Origin: Nitrospirota bacterium
GTDB taxonomy: Bacteria > Nitrospirota > UBA9217
DNA length: 64,000 nucleotides
NCBI GenBank assembly: GCA_963737155.1
Contig: CAVTRN010000001.1
Span: 192,001-256,000, forward strand
Direction of reading: 5' to 3'
Shown here one piece after another: positions 41,533 through 53,052 of this stretch. Under the pieces are notes generated by a model that was not told the DNA's origin, ran no database searches, and was given only the letters and a program-made list of their open reading frames with translations. A program made the position numbers and the translations under genes. The stretch's first letter is position 1; every line of letters starts with the position of its first letter.

Positions 41533-42741
41533 TTATTTATTTCTTGAATGATCTCCTGCTGAATAATCTTCGCTCCGAAACAGCTGTACTGCCAGAATAG
41601 CAAGGCACAATTGAGCAACCGCAAAGACCGCAAGCGCTGTATAGAATCCGTGCTTTAGCAGTAGCTCAAAGGCCAGAGCGCCCAAACCGAAACCGCTGAA
41701 TAGGGAAAAGGCGTTCATGCCCATTGCGAGACCCCGCCGAGAAGGATTGAGCGAAGTAATGATTCCAGCCAATAGGGGGTGACTCATGTCGTATCCCAAA
41801 GAGAGAATCGCAATAATCACTGCTGGACAGAGTAGTGGTGCCCGTGGAATGAGTGCTGCGCCGGAGAAGGCGCCAATCAGGAGGCCTAATGGGATTATGC
41901 GCTTTCTCCCGAACCGATCCGCAACACGTCCGATGACCGGCCCAAACAGCATTCCTGGAACGCCATAGCCCAGCAGGGCTAGGCCGATCCCTTCATCGCC
42001 GAGACGATAGCGTTCCGAGAAATATAAACCGAGCCAGGTGAAGACTCCGGAATGGAACATGCCGTTGAGAAGGATATAGGCATACGCTTTTGCTCCTCTT
42101 GATCTGGTAAAGAGCGACCAGTATCCCGCAATCGCTTTACCAAGGCTTAAAGGATGTGCAGCGAATTCGCCTTCCAGAAACTGATGAAGGCGAATGGCGA
42201 AAGCAAGAACGGCTGCACTGAGACTGGCCGTTATAAGAAACACCACTCGCCAGCCAATGATAGGATTCAACAAGGCCCCGAAGCTTGACCCGAAAGCCAT
42301 GCCTCCGGCCATCGCACCAAACATCCACCCTATGGGCCGGCCGCGTTGTTCGTAAGGAAAGAGGTCTCCGAGAAGAGCCAGAGCGATTGGTACGATTCCC
42401 CCGCTTGCGATCCCGCCCAGTAGGCGCCATATCACCATCTGAGTCGCAGTATGAGCCGTCGCTACGCCGGCTATCGTCACGACCATCAGCCCCAGCAACG
42501 CGAGAATAACCGGCTTCCTGCCAACCCGGTCAGAAATCGGTCCATAGAACAGAGTCGAGATGCCATAGGGCAGCATGTACGCAGGAACGAGCATCCCAAG
42601 GAAATCCGTAGACTCGTGGAATTGGAGTGAGAGCGCCGGGATGAGCGGGGCTACAAGATACGCTTGGAAGAATATGAGAAAAGCCGCTGCCGACATGACA
42701 CGCAGCACCGCTTCACGCTTGCTACCCGAATCGTACGGCAT
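41533..42741 (-). CDS. MFS transporter
   Basis: Motif A GPISDRVGRKP and GRVADRFGRK; about 12 TM segments. Confidence 0.92.
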   Translation of the reverse strand: MPYDSGSKREAVLRVMSAAAFLIFFQAYLVAPLIPALSLQFHESTDFLGMLVPAYMLPYGISTLFYGPISDRVGRKPVILALLGLMVVTIAGVATAHTATQMVIWRLLGGIASGGIVPIALALLGDLFPYEQRGRPIGWMFGAMAGGMAFGSSFGALLNPIIGWRVVFLITASLSAAVLAFAIRLHQFLEGEFAAHPLSLGKAIAGYWSLFTRSRGAKAYAYILLNGMFHSGVFTWLGLYFSERYRLGDEGIGLALLGYGVPGMLFGPVIGRVADRFGRKRIIPLGLLIGAFSGAALIPRAPLLCPAVIIAILSLGYDMSHPLLAGIITSLNPSRRGLAMGMNAFSLFSGFGLGALAFELLLKHGFYTALAVFAVAQLCLAILAVQLFRSEDYSAGDHSRNK

Positions 42742-43068
42742 TCTGACTGGTCCTCCTGTAATTTGTTCCGCATTCGGCCCGCTTATGTTGCTTGATGCTA
42801 GGCATTCTTTTGAGTTTAACCCCGGACCGTTACCCTTTTATAATAATTCTCATTCATAGCCTACTTTCTTATGGATTTCTCATTGACCATATATTACCAG
42901 ACTTCACAGAGCGGTACATAACCCGATTATCGAAGAATTCATACAAATAGGCAAGAATTGGGCAGGATCGGTCTATTAATCTTTGTTCTTTCAGGGATAG
43001 GATATAATTGTTAAGAGGGCGGCAAAATGATTTACACAGCAAATGTATTAGTTGTACTAAACAGGTAA

Positions 43069-44073
<1,005 letters not shown>

Positions 44074-44079
44074 AAACGT

Positions 44080-44172
44080 TACAGGCAATGTGCGACTTGA
44101 CCCTCTGTTTTCTGCAAATGATGCTTCGCACTTTTCCGGTGCGTACGTAATTTTCGAACCGGGGGCCAGATC
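44080..44172 (+). pseudogene. Cupin-domain fragment
   Basis: TGNVRLDPLF..SGAYVIFEPGARS then breaks off. Confidence 0.55.
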
Positions 44173-44360
44173 CGTCACCAAGCCTGAGGTGCAGAGTTTT
44201 CAGATGTCGGCGAGAACAACTGAGAGCCGATCAAGCCGAGCTGCTCAACTTCGCGATTCTTCCAGTGCGAAAACCACGCGCCAGAAGAAGTAGGGGCTCA
44301 AAGCGATTACGCTACGGGTCATGGCTCAGCCCCGCATGAGCCTTTTAATGAGGACCGCAT

Positions 44361-44870
44361 ATGAAAATTTCATTAATTTTTTTAGCTTTTGCGATCGTCG
44401 TTTTCATTGTTTTATTCTTTATTCTTGGGATAATTTCTAAGTCGGGGAAAGCCCCTGGATTAGTCGAAGGGACTCTATCAAAATGCCCAAATAAGCCTAA
44501 TTGCGTTTGCAGTGAGCAAAAAGATGATACCAATCACTATATTGACCCTATAATTATTCCTCAAAACATCAAGTTTGATACATTGCCCATTCTAAAAAAT
44601 GTAATTCGATTAATGGGAGGTACTATCAATGATGAAAGTGAAAACTATATTGCATCTACGTTTTCGTCGTCAATTTTTGGATTCGTGGATGATTTTGAAA
44701 TTAGAATAGATTCGAGCCAAAAAGTGATCCATATTGGCTCAGCATCCAGAGTCGGTTATGGTGATGCGGGTGTTAATAAAAAGAGAACTGAATTACTTAA
44801 AAAACTATATAAGAAGATTTCAGAGGCTAACCATTCACTCAATGCGACGCCAAAAAATAGCGCGCATTAG
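44361..44870 (+). CDS. DUF1499 family protein, cassette-like
   Basis: CPNKPNCVCS, FGFVDDFE, SASRVGYGDAGVNKKR; AT-rich; reads into an attC-like site. Confidence 0.88.
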   Translation: MKISLIFLAFAIVVFIVLFFILGIISKSGKAPGLVEGTLSKCPNKPNCVCSEQKDDTNHYIDPIIIPQNIKFDTLPILKNVIRLMGGTINDESENYIASTFSSSIFGFVDDFEIRIDSSQKVIHIGSASRVGYGDAGVNKKRTELLKKLYKKISEANHSLNATPKNSAH

Positions 44871-44884
44871 CTTTGGTGTTCATT
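44825..44884 (+). other. attC-like integron recombination site
   Basis: GGCTAAC-CATTCACTCAATGCG..CGCATTAGCTTTGGT-GTT, 60 bp, imperfect inverted repeat overlapping the gene 3' end. Confidence 0.6.
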
Positions 44885-45216
44885 TGTACTTTCCAAGTCG
44901 TAATTTGCATTGATTTTTAGTCAACACCGGTGCAGGCTAGCAGGTGTTGTCGAGAGTACCGAGAGCTCTGATGCGTGACGGATTTCGTTTGTAGCTTGCA
45001 GTGCAATATCATGACGAATCAGTTTTTGGCCGTTGCTGCAAACTCATACCGCTAAATTTGGATATAATATTAGTGAAAAATAAGAGTTTGTTCACAGTCA
45101 AGAACCCTGCGGAAAAACAAGGGGCATACTGGCATGGTTTCGTTAATAAAAAGATATTTAGAACGATTCCTGTAACCGCATAATATACAACACTTTGAAC
45201 GAGGGAGACAACTATT

Positions 45217-46182
45217 ATGAAAGTGCAAATACCCAACGAACTGAAGTCGGATATGCCACAAACCATGTTTGGAAAGATTCTCGCCGCAACGCCGGTGGTG
45301 ATGGCCGTGCTAGCGACGATGCTCGCGGGGCTAGCTTCCAGTGAGATGACACGCGCCCAATATGACCGCTCGCTAGGCGCGCAGCAGCAGTCCAAGGCGG
45401 GCGACCAGTGGAGCTTCTTCCAAGCCAAACGGATGCGCGGCGCCTTCCAGCTCAACACGGCGGAGTTGCTCCAAGCCGTCAGCGAGGTGCATCCGCTGGA
45501 GCTAGCAACTCTCAAGAAATGGGCGGAAAAGGCCCAGCCGAAACTGGTCGCCGTGCTGGATTCCCAACCTGGAAAGGACGCCATAGACTTTTTGCAGCGC
45601 GGGAAGGTGCCGCCCACCAGCGCCGCGGCAACCCCGGACCCGAAGTTAAAGGCCGCGTTGGATGGCTTGGAAAATTTGAAGGCGGATTCCGCGATGGCCG
45701 TGCTGCTCGCGCCGATTGATAACACGGCGCTCGAAGCCAATGTGCGCGCCGCCCTCAACCGGTCCCAAGACTTCGATGAAGCCGCGAAACCGATTAACCA
45801 GGTCATCGACCAGATGGATACGTTGGTGACGAGTGCCGCCGCGCCGTCCGTCCGCGCAGGGGCCGCGACCGGCCCATCCGTCAACCGGGATTTCATGACC
45901 GCGCGCCTGCGTTATATGGCGGCAAGATATGAAGTCGAGGCGCGGTTGAACCAGGCAATTGCAAATCTGTACGAATTGCAAGTCCGTAAGAGCAACTTTT
46001 CGGCGGAACGCCACCACGCCCGGAGTCAGAAATTCTTTTTTGGCATGCTCGGGGCGCAATTTGGCGTGATCGTCTCAACGTTCGCGATGGCCGCGCGGAA
46101 CCGCAACCTGTTGTGGTCGCTCGCCGCCGCAGCTGGATTGCTGGCGATTGCGTTTGCGATCTATGTGTTCATGTACGTCTAA
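45217..46182 (+). CDS. DUF4337-like membrane protein
   Basis: N-terminal TM, AGDQWSFFQAK motif, two C-terminal TM segments; GC-rich. Confidence 0.7.
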   Translation: MKVQIPNELKSDMPQTMFGKILAATPVVMAVLATMLAGLASSEMTRAQYDRSLGAQQQSKAGDQWSFFQAKRMRGAFQLNTAELLQAVSEVHPLELATLKKWAEKAQPKLVAVLDSQPGKDAIDFLQRGKVPPTSAAATPDPKLKAALDGLENLKADSAMAVLLAPIDNTALEANVRAALNRSQDFDEAAKPINQVIDQMDTLVTSAAAPSVRAGAATGPSVNRDFMTARLRYMAARYEVEARLNQAIANLYELQVRKSNFSAERHHARSQKFFFGMLGAQFGVIVSTFAMAARNRNLLWSLAAAAGLLAIAFAIYVFMYV

Positions 46183-46405
46183 ACAAAATGAGTTGTCCCG
46201 GGACTTCGACCGGTGGCGGTGCCAAGAAGCAATCAGAAAACTCACTGGGCAATCTGGCGCCTGAAAGTTCCTTGGCCCGATCTGCTACGTAAAACACAGA
46301 GATGCGGCCAGAGCATTATTTGAGCAGCATAAGTGTTCAAAACCTGGTTCGTTGAGGAGTAACATGGGATAAGTTGCAGCTGTGGACTTTATTGGATTGT
46401 TAATA

Positions 46406-46427
46406 GGTGGAGGCGGTAGGAATCGAA
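46406..46427 (-). other. tmRNA/tRNA 3'-end-like fragment, possible att relic
   Basis: Reverse complement TTCGATTCCTACCGCCTCCACC, T-loop plus acceptor arm only. Confidence 0.5.
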
Positions 46428-46819
46428 TAAACCCATCACCTTTATTTCTACTGATTTTTGGGTATTTGGATTAAGTGGTTGAAGTGTCCCCCTTGCTCAT
46501 ATCGGAAATCCGGTATTAGCGAGGGGGGGAATAGTGCTTAATTAGAAGCTGAAGGTATTGTAACTATTTAACTTTTAACCAACTTAGGCATCAGATAATA
46601 ATAATTTCCATCATAACACAAAGCCACGCAAAATGGGATATACTAGAAGATATAACTTTAGCTTTTAAAATTATTTGCGCTTTGATTTGCCACTGGCAAA
46701 AGGGGCCGATACGACAGCCCTTGTAAAGTAATTTATCAGGAACACACAGATTAAATATCGGGTAAAGCAACAGGGCTCTATCTTGAAACCGGGAAATAAA
46801 TAAAAAGGAGGTTATGAAC

Positions 46820-46984
46820 ATGGCAGAGAAACTTAAAAAAGTTGAATGCGACCCTAAATGTGGCTTTATGATCCAGAGCCATGATGAAAAAGAAGTCGTG
46901 GAGATGGCTACACAACACGCAAAAAAATCGCACAACAAAAACATCACAGAAAAAGACGTAAAAGGGATGATGAAAGACGCATAG
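46820..46984 (+). CDS. Small DUF1059-like protein (below ORF-track cutoff)
   Basis: MAEKLKKVECDPKCGFMIQSHDEKEVVEMATQHAKKSH...; AGGAGG RBS. Confidence 0.8.
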   Translation: MAEKLKKVECDPKCGFMIQSHDEKEVVEMATQHAKKSHNKNITEKDVKGMMKDA

Positions 46985-47091
46985 TTTTTGCTGGTTTGAA
47001 GACGGATGGTTGCTGCCAGCGGGCTTGGGAAAAGGCGTAATCGGGTACGGATGTATGGAATATAAATCATCACAAAAAAAGGAGGTGTAAA

Positions 47092-47373
47092 ATGAAGGTG
47101 AGGGCTACAATACAAGTTCTTCTTGTTGCGGTCGTTGTTCTGATGCTTGTCGGTCCAGCACTTGCGCTGGAAATGTCGGGAGTAGTTACCGCCGTAAATG
47201 TTGAGAAGAGCACAATTGCGCTGGAGTCTGAGAAGATGGCGGTCAGCTTTGATTGTGAAACGGGATCCCTGCTCAAAGATATCAAGGTTGGGGATACCGT
47301 GACAGTCCAGTTCACGGAGGAAGGCGGGAAAAAGCTGGCTACCAGCGTTACTCGTATAGCTCCCATGAAATAG
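47092..47373 (+). CDS. Small secreted OB-fold-like protein
   Basis: Signal peptide (ALA); GVVTAVN..DIKVGDTVTVQF; GGAGGT RBS. Confidence 0.75.
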   Translation: MKVRATIQVLLVAVVVLMLVGPALALEMSGVVTAVNVEKSTIALESEKMAVSFDCETGSLLKDIKVGDTVTVQFTEEGGKKLATSVTRIAPMK

Positions 47374-47420
47374 GTTGGTCCAGCCCCATGCCACGCGGAT
47401 AAATACTAAAGTTGCTGTAT

Positions 47421-47449
47421 AAGGGCAGGCTTATGCCTGCCCTTTTTTG
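47421..47449 (+). terminator. Rho-independent terminator
   Basis: AAGGGCAGGC-TTAT-GCCTGCCCTT followed by a T tract. Confidence 0.85.
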
Positions 47450-47541
47450 TCAAGGATAATGTTCGAATGAAGCGGGCCTGTAGATGCAGACCCCGCTGTT
47501 AACAGGAGAAAGAAAGATAACGATTCAAAAACGACATTTCA

Positions 47542-48549
47542 TCACTTCCCAACAACGAGAACCGCAAAACTGTCCTTAATCATTGTTGGCCTAGGCTTCG
47601 GTACTTCAGGCGTTGGTTTCGGTGCCGGAGCAAACTCGGCTACGGGGAGATAGATTTTATTCAGCTTTGTATCTATCGCCATTGTTCGAGCACTTCGCTG
47701 GGTTGGTACCGTCTCCACATAGAACTTTCCTGGCAGCAATTCCCGTGCTACCGTGAGTGTCCCGTCACCATTTGAACTAAATGCAAGCCCGGTCTCCGTA
47801 TCATAAACATTTGCGTCAACGCCTGCGCCAATAGGTATAGTAGCAATCACTTTTCCTGAATCTATGTCCAGAACTATCATTACTTTATTGTGGCATCCTG
47901 AAAATATCTGATGATGCGCGATATCAATTGCCATGCCAGTCGGTTCGTTACAGGGGCTTAAAGAATACCGTTTTGATATCGTAATATTTTTACTATCCAA
48001 TTCGACAACCTCATTTGTGTTCTCAATATTTACAAAAACCCTACCCTTATTGTCCGTGGCTGCAAATTCCGGCTTCCCGCCGAGGGCAATCGTTCTTAGC
48101 ACCTTGCCTGAAGCAGCTTCAAATGCCGTTGCATCTTTGCTTTTCCCGTTAAACGTGAATACCCGTTGGGTAGCAGGGTCATATAATATGGCATCGGGAT
48201 TCTCCCCAGTCTTAACTTGTCCGATGACCTTTAGAGTCTTCATATCGAATATGGAGGCAGTATTTGCCTTCCCATTGCTTATAAAGCCACGAGTCAGTTC
48301 GGGAGCAAGTGCTATGCCGTGAACTCCCGGCGTGTCAGGGATTTCACCTACCACTTTATCAGTCATAGTGTCGATAACCGTGACATGAGTTCCACGAGAA
48401 ATATACAACCGATGGGCAGAACTATCCACGGTCAGGTAATCCCAACCACCTTCACCCCCCAACGGGAGTTTATTGATAACGTGATAACCTGATGCTGCGT
48501 GTGCTACTGTGCTGATAATCAATAGAACAGTAACAATGAGCGATTTCAT
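47542..48549 (-). CDS. YncE/YVTN-type beta-propeller exported protein, copy 1
   Basis: Signal peptide; GGEGGWDYL, PGVHGIA, NPDAILY and ARTMA motifs. Confidence 0.88.
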   Translation of the reverse strand: MKSLIVTVLLIISTVAHAASGYHVINKLPLGGEGGWDYLTVDSSAHRLYISRGTHVTVIDTMTDKVVGEIPDTPGVHGIALAPELTRGFISNGKANTASIFDMKTLKVIGQVKTGENPDAILYDPATQRVFTFNGKSKDATAFEAASGKVLRTIALGGKPEFAATDNKGRVFVNIENTNEVVELDSKNITISKRYSLSPCNEPTGMAIDIAHHQIFSGCHNKVMIVLDIDSGKVIATIPIGAGVDANVYDTETGLAFSSNGDGTLTVARELLPGKFYVETVPTQRSARTMAIDTKLNKIYLPVAEFAPAPKPTPEVPKPRPTMIKDSFAVLVVGK

Positions 48550-48715
48550 GGTTAAACCTACCTTTAAAGTATATTGTTTTGACACTTGATTGCGGTAAAA
48601 AACAAATACTATCTCATCGACTTTGCTGTTTCTCGATTCTCTTTACTATATGAAGTTGCCGATAAGGAACTGGCTTAAAAGTGCAGGGGGCCGATTGTAG
48701 CGAGACTTGGACAGT

Positions 48716-49252
48716 AAATAACCCCGCAGCAAGCTGCGAGGCATTTTGACTAGAATCTAAAACCTATTTGCTCATCATGCTGATACCGAATATAGTTTCT
48801 AATCACTTCCGCCGTTACTTTGTCGCCAACCGAACGGACAAAGCAACCATCGTTCCACAGTTCCCCTCCCCAGAGCTTTTTCTTTATCTCCGGGAACTCT
48901 TGGAACATTATTCTGGTGGAGATACTTTTAATCATTTGTACTACCTTCGCAGGCGCATACTTCGGAGGAACAACCAAAAACAAGTGTACATGGTCATCCA
49001 TGACTTCCATCGTATCTATTTCCAAATCGTACTGTTCAGCTATCTCACGAAAGATTTCTTTCAATCGTTTCGTCATGCGATCGTCGAACAGTTTTTTACG
49101 ATATTTCGGTATCCATACGAAATGGTACTTGAGATCATAGACACAATGTCTGCTTCTTCTCAATGGGCTCATGGCCCGTATTGTATCAGAAAATCATCCT
49201 GACTTCGTCAGGATATCCTTTTCATCCCAGCAGCAAGCTGCTGGGTATTCAA
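48716..49252 (-). mobile_element. tnpA: IS200-type element with Y1 transposase (CDS 48750..49172)
   Basis: YHFVWIPKYR, HUH motif DHVHL, YIRYQ; hairpins GCAGCAAGCTGC on both sides (~48722-48745, ~49226-49245). Confidence 0.9.
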
Positions 49253-49333
49253 GGATGTTTTTTATAAAAAATGCCAGAGCCATTTATTATCTACTCAGAA
49301 TTCATCGCAAAAAAATCTATCGAAACAGCCTCA

Positions 49334-49627
49334 TTATGATGTACAGTCTTCACGCCAAAGGCAATTCGTCTGCTCGCATGTCAGCACTTGAGCAGACATA
49401 TAACAATCTTTATTCCCCTCGGCCCTCTGGATTGCTCTAATGAGATCTGATTTAGTCATGTTCCTCCTGTCAATCCCCATTTTTCTTGCAATGTTTCTGA
49501 TATCCTGGAGTTTATTCATTTTCTCAATCTCCACTTCCCTTTTTTTCGCGAATATTTTGATGTCTATAACCTTTCCCGCCCTACTTGCTTTCTTTTTCGC
49601 GGCGTCTTTAATGCTCTTAATCTTCAC
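49334..49627 (-). CDS. SAP/Rho-N-like small protein with C-terminal Cys cluster
   Basis: KSDLIRAIQRAEGNKDCY..CEQTNCLWREDC. Confidence 0.8.
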   Translation of the reverse strand: MKIKSIKDAAKKKASRAGKVIDIKIFAKKREVEIEKMNKLQDIRNIARKMGIDRRNMTKSDLIRAIQRAEGNKDCYMSAQVLTCEQTNCLWREDCTS

Positions 49628-49912
49628 TTGTATACCCCCCTATAGGCTTATCAGATGCCTGCAGGAATTGCCGATAAATATTAAGTATACCATATCAAGG
49701 GGGATTCATCGCTGGGAGTAGCGGGGTGTTCTCAAAATATCTTCCGGCAAACAACCCCCTGCCTTTTCGAACCCCAGCCCTTAGGTCCTCACCCTCTAGA
49801 TTGAAGAACTCAGCATCCATAGCTCATTGTATCCCGTTCTGTTTGAAAGTCCAATCAACGTAGTGATAATTCATACGGTTATACAGGTTAGGATTCCCAT
49901 AATATTAGCAAT

Positions 49913-50185
49913 TCATTTTGAGTCATATTTATTTGTTAGATAGGCTATCAGTGCGCCAATGGTTCCAGCAACTATTGGCAACGAATAAACCAAGGAATAA
50001 CCAGCCAACTTGAATTTATCCATTAAAACACTGCAGACCAAATAGAATATTATGAAACCATTGGACATGATGATGTAAAGTCTGGCTTCCCGTGACTTGA
50101 CTAATCGGAACTGCCAAAGAGAAGATAAAATGACATATAAAATGGTTAGAAAGACTATTAATATTATTATTAATGTCATCTTCAT
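49913..50185 (-). CDS. AT-rich small membrane protein
   Basis: Three hydrophobic segments; preceded by an attC-like hairpin. Confidence 0.55.
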   Translation of the reverse strand: MKMTLIIILIVFLTILYVILSSLWQFRLVKSREARLYIIMSNGFIIFYLVCSVLMDKFKLAGYSLVYSLPIVAGTIGALIAYLTNKYDSK

Positions 50186-50508
50186 ATATCACCGAGCTTA
50201 TGCGAACAAATTATCATGCAAAGGGCCAAGGGGAACGGCGTCTCTATACCACGTTCCTCTTGAGCAAAGTGTTAACTGTTTCGTAATTTTTCGATTATTT
50301 TTTCAACAGTCAGTATCTTTTCATAGACCGCACCCAATGCAGCCATATATGCTCAGTGTACGTGGTTAGCAGGGATTTCAATGTCATTAAAGACTAAGTT
50401 TCTTGTTGCACAAGCGTCATGGGCAACCGTAGGACAAGAGGTTGAGTCATGAAAATTACCGTTTTTGTTCATTCATGCTAGTTCCCGAAAAACCCTTATG
50501 GTGCGATT

Positions 50509-53052
50509 TTAATTCATAACCAAATAACTCAATGCCGTTTGCCTGTTCCGATTGTCAATTTGTTTCACGGCCATTGACAGAGCTTTTCTGCTGCCGACGA
50601 AGACGCACAATTGCTTGGCTCTGGTTAATCCCGTATATATTAAATTTCGAAAAAGCATTTTGAAATGTTGAGTGGCAACGGGAATAATCACGGCATCAAA
50701 CTCACTGCCCTGCGATTTATGAATTGTAATGGCATAAGCAAGAGATATCTCCGTTAAATCTTCACGTTCATAGGCAATCGTCTGCTTCCCAAACTGAATC
50801 AGACAGGAGTAATTTTCCAGATCGATCTGCCTTATCCTGCCGATATCCCCATTGAACACACCCAGGTCATAGTTATTGCGGGTCTGAATAACCCTATCAC
50901 CCTCTCGATAGACCCGCTCACCAAGTTGAATTTGCTTCTTTCCCTGATGCTCAGGATTAACGGCTTGCTGAATGGATTGGTTCAGATTAAGCGTTCCAAG
51001 ACTACCCCTGACTTGTGGAGATAGAATTTGAATCTCAATATCCTTGCCGAAGTATTCAGGAATCGTCTTGGTATATAATCGTAGAACCATATCAAGCCCC
51101 GTCATACCATGATGAATGGCAGACCACGGATGAATTGACTTGATAAGGGACTTTAATTCCGCAATAGCCCCTTGTGCCTCATGGACTTTAAGCAAATCAA
51201 CATGTTTGAACTTTTCAGGAATGTTAAAAATCGGAGCGTGGATTTCCGATGTGTCCTTGAATTCCTGTACAAGCAAACTTTCAATCAATAGTGTATCTTC
51301 TTCCCGCTTCATAACCCCCGTCAATTTATTGCCCGATTGAACTACCTGCTCCTCTCCGGTTGTAACAACCTGTTTAATAGCGGCCTTTGCCCTGCCCAGG
51401 AAATGCAATTGTTCCTGCGTTGCTTCATCAGCATCAATAAATAAACATCCCGCCTTGTTTTTCCATAATTCTGGTTTATGGAATGGAGATTCAATCTTTG
51501 GAACCTGACCTTTGTTAATTTGGTGGGCAAAGCGGACAATGATTGATTCTTCAGCCTGACGGAAAACTTTAGTAAGTCTGAAGTTCGGCACACGGCTTGC
51601 CTGTAATAAGTCATGCAGAACATTACCGGCGCCTACAGAGGGTAATTGGTCTGGGTCGCCAATAAACAGTACCTGCGCATTCTGAGGTACAGCTTTAAGG
51701 AGTGCAGCGGCAAGATTAATATCAAGCATGGAACATTCATCAATAATCAGGAAATCAAGTTGTAACTGGTCATCTTCGCCCTTCTTAAATCCATTTTTAC
51801 CAGGAGTCCATTCGAGCAAACGATGGATCGTCTTTGCCTCAAACTCTATGACTTCACTCATGCGTTGGGATGCTCTGCCTGTAGGTGCGGCAAGAACGAC
51901 TCTCTTGTTCATTGCCTGAAGAAGTTTAACAAGAACCTTTGTGCAGGTTGTCTTTCCGACCCCCGGCCCGCCAGTCAATATTGAAAATGATTTGCTTGCA
52001 ATACCAGCAACCGATGCTTGTTGTTCATCGGAAAGAATAATACTTTGCTTTTGACAATACCGTTCAAGCCAACTATTTATTCTGCTTGCATCGGCATTAA
52101 CGGTCTGATTAATCCATTGCTTAACTCTCTTGGATACATATTGTTCATCAAAGTAAATGGAATTCGAATAATATGCTGAAACTTCCTGGCCATTTTCATC
52201 CGGCAATCCCCTTTTCTTTATCTCATTGGCAATAATCAGGGATTGAAGTATGCCCGTTATCTGTTCCTGTGTCCCCGTTTCGAGCAAATCTTGAGTGTTC
52301 TTGATAATTTGGGATTCAAGCAAATAACAATGACCATTATCACGAGCCGCTGCCAATACATGCTTTATCCCTGCTTCCATGCGTGGAACCCCATCTTTTT
52401 CAAAACCCATATTTAAAGCTATCTTGTCGGCAGAGAAAAAACCTATACCATAAATGTCCCTTGCCAATTGATATGGATTACTGGAAACCTTGTTGATCGC
52501 ACCATTACCATAAGTTTTATATATTTTCACAGCGAATAAGGTACTGATACCGTAACCTTGTAGGAAAATCATTACATCCCTGATTGCCCTATGTTCCTGC
52601 CAGCTATTTTTAATGTCCAAGAGTTTCTTTTCGGCAATTCCGGGAACCTTTAATAGCTCCTCTATATTGTCCTCAAAAACCTGTAGCGTCTGATCTTTGA
52701 AGAAATTTACAATTTTGTGAGCAGTCTTCGGGCCAACATTCTTTATTAAACCTGAACCAAGATATTTTTCAAGTGCGGCACTAGATGCCGGTTTTTTCTC
52801 AATTGCATGTTCCGCCTTGAACTGCTCACCGTGCTTCTGGTGGTAAGTCCAAGTACCGTAGAATTCCATTGAACTACCTGCAAAAACTTTTGCTTGATGA
52901 ATAATCACGGCTACGAGTTTATGAGGTTCATCGAAGGGACTGACTTTCAGGACTGACCAGCCATTTTCAGCATTGTGGAAGGTGACTCTTTCCACGATTC
53001 CGGAAAGGCAAACAAGATTATCGGACGGTTGCGGGTGGGGAGCTGTTTTCAT
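50509..53052 (-). CDS. recD2: RecD2-type SF1B DNA helicase
   Basis: N-terminal OB-like region, HhH repeats, GGPGVGKT, APTGRA, TIHRLL, DECSM, GDPDQLPSVG and YAITIHKSQGSE motifs. Confidence 0.92.
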   Translation of the reverse strand: MKTAPHPQPSDNLVCLSGIVERVTFHNAENGWSVLKVSPFDEPHKLVAVIIHQAKVFAGSSMEFYGTWTYHQKHGEQFKAEHAIEKKPASSAALEKYLGSGLIKNVGPKTAHKIVNFFKDQTLQVFEDNIEELLKVPGIAEKKLLDIKNSWQEHRAIRDVMIFLQGYGISTLFAVKIYKTYGNGAINKVSSNPYQLARDIYGIGFFSADKIALNMGFEKDGVPRMEAGIKHVLAAARDNGHCYLLESQIIKNTQDLLETGTQEQITGILQSLIIANEIKKRGLPDENGQEVSAYYSNSIYFDEQYVSKRVKQWINQTVNADASRINSWLERYCQKQSIILSDEQQASVAGIASKSFSILTGGPGVGKTTCTKVLVKLLQAMNKRVVLAAPTGRASQRMSEVIEFEAKTIHRLLEWTPGKNGFKKGEDDQLQLDFLIIDECSMLDINLAAALLKAVPQNAQVLFIGDPDQLPSVGAGNVLHDLLQASRVPNFRLTKVFRQAEESIIVRFAHQINKGQVPKIESPFHKPELWKNKAGCLFIDADEATQEQLHFLGRAKAAIKQVVTTGEEQVVQSGNKLTGVMKREEDTLLIESLLVQEFKDTSEIHAPIFNIPEKFKHVDLLKVHEAQGAIAELKSLIKSIHPWSAIHHGMTGLDMVLRLYTKTIPEYFGKDIEIQILSPQVRGSLGTLNLNQSIQQAVNPEHQGKKQIQLGERVYREGDRVIQTRNNYDLGVFNGDIGRIRQIDLENYSCLIQFGKQTIAYEREDLTEISLAYAITIHKSQGSEFDAVIIPVATQHFKMLFRNLIYTGLTRAKQLCVFVGSRKALSMAVKQIDNRNRQTALSYLVMN

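Noticed and set aside
47882-47891. ACTTTATTGT as the opposite Tn7 end
   Set aside because: Single box inside the YncE-like coding sequence, with no terminal ACA or matching duplication
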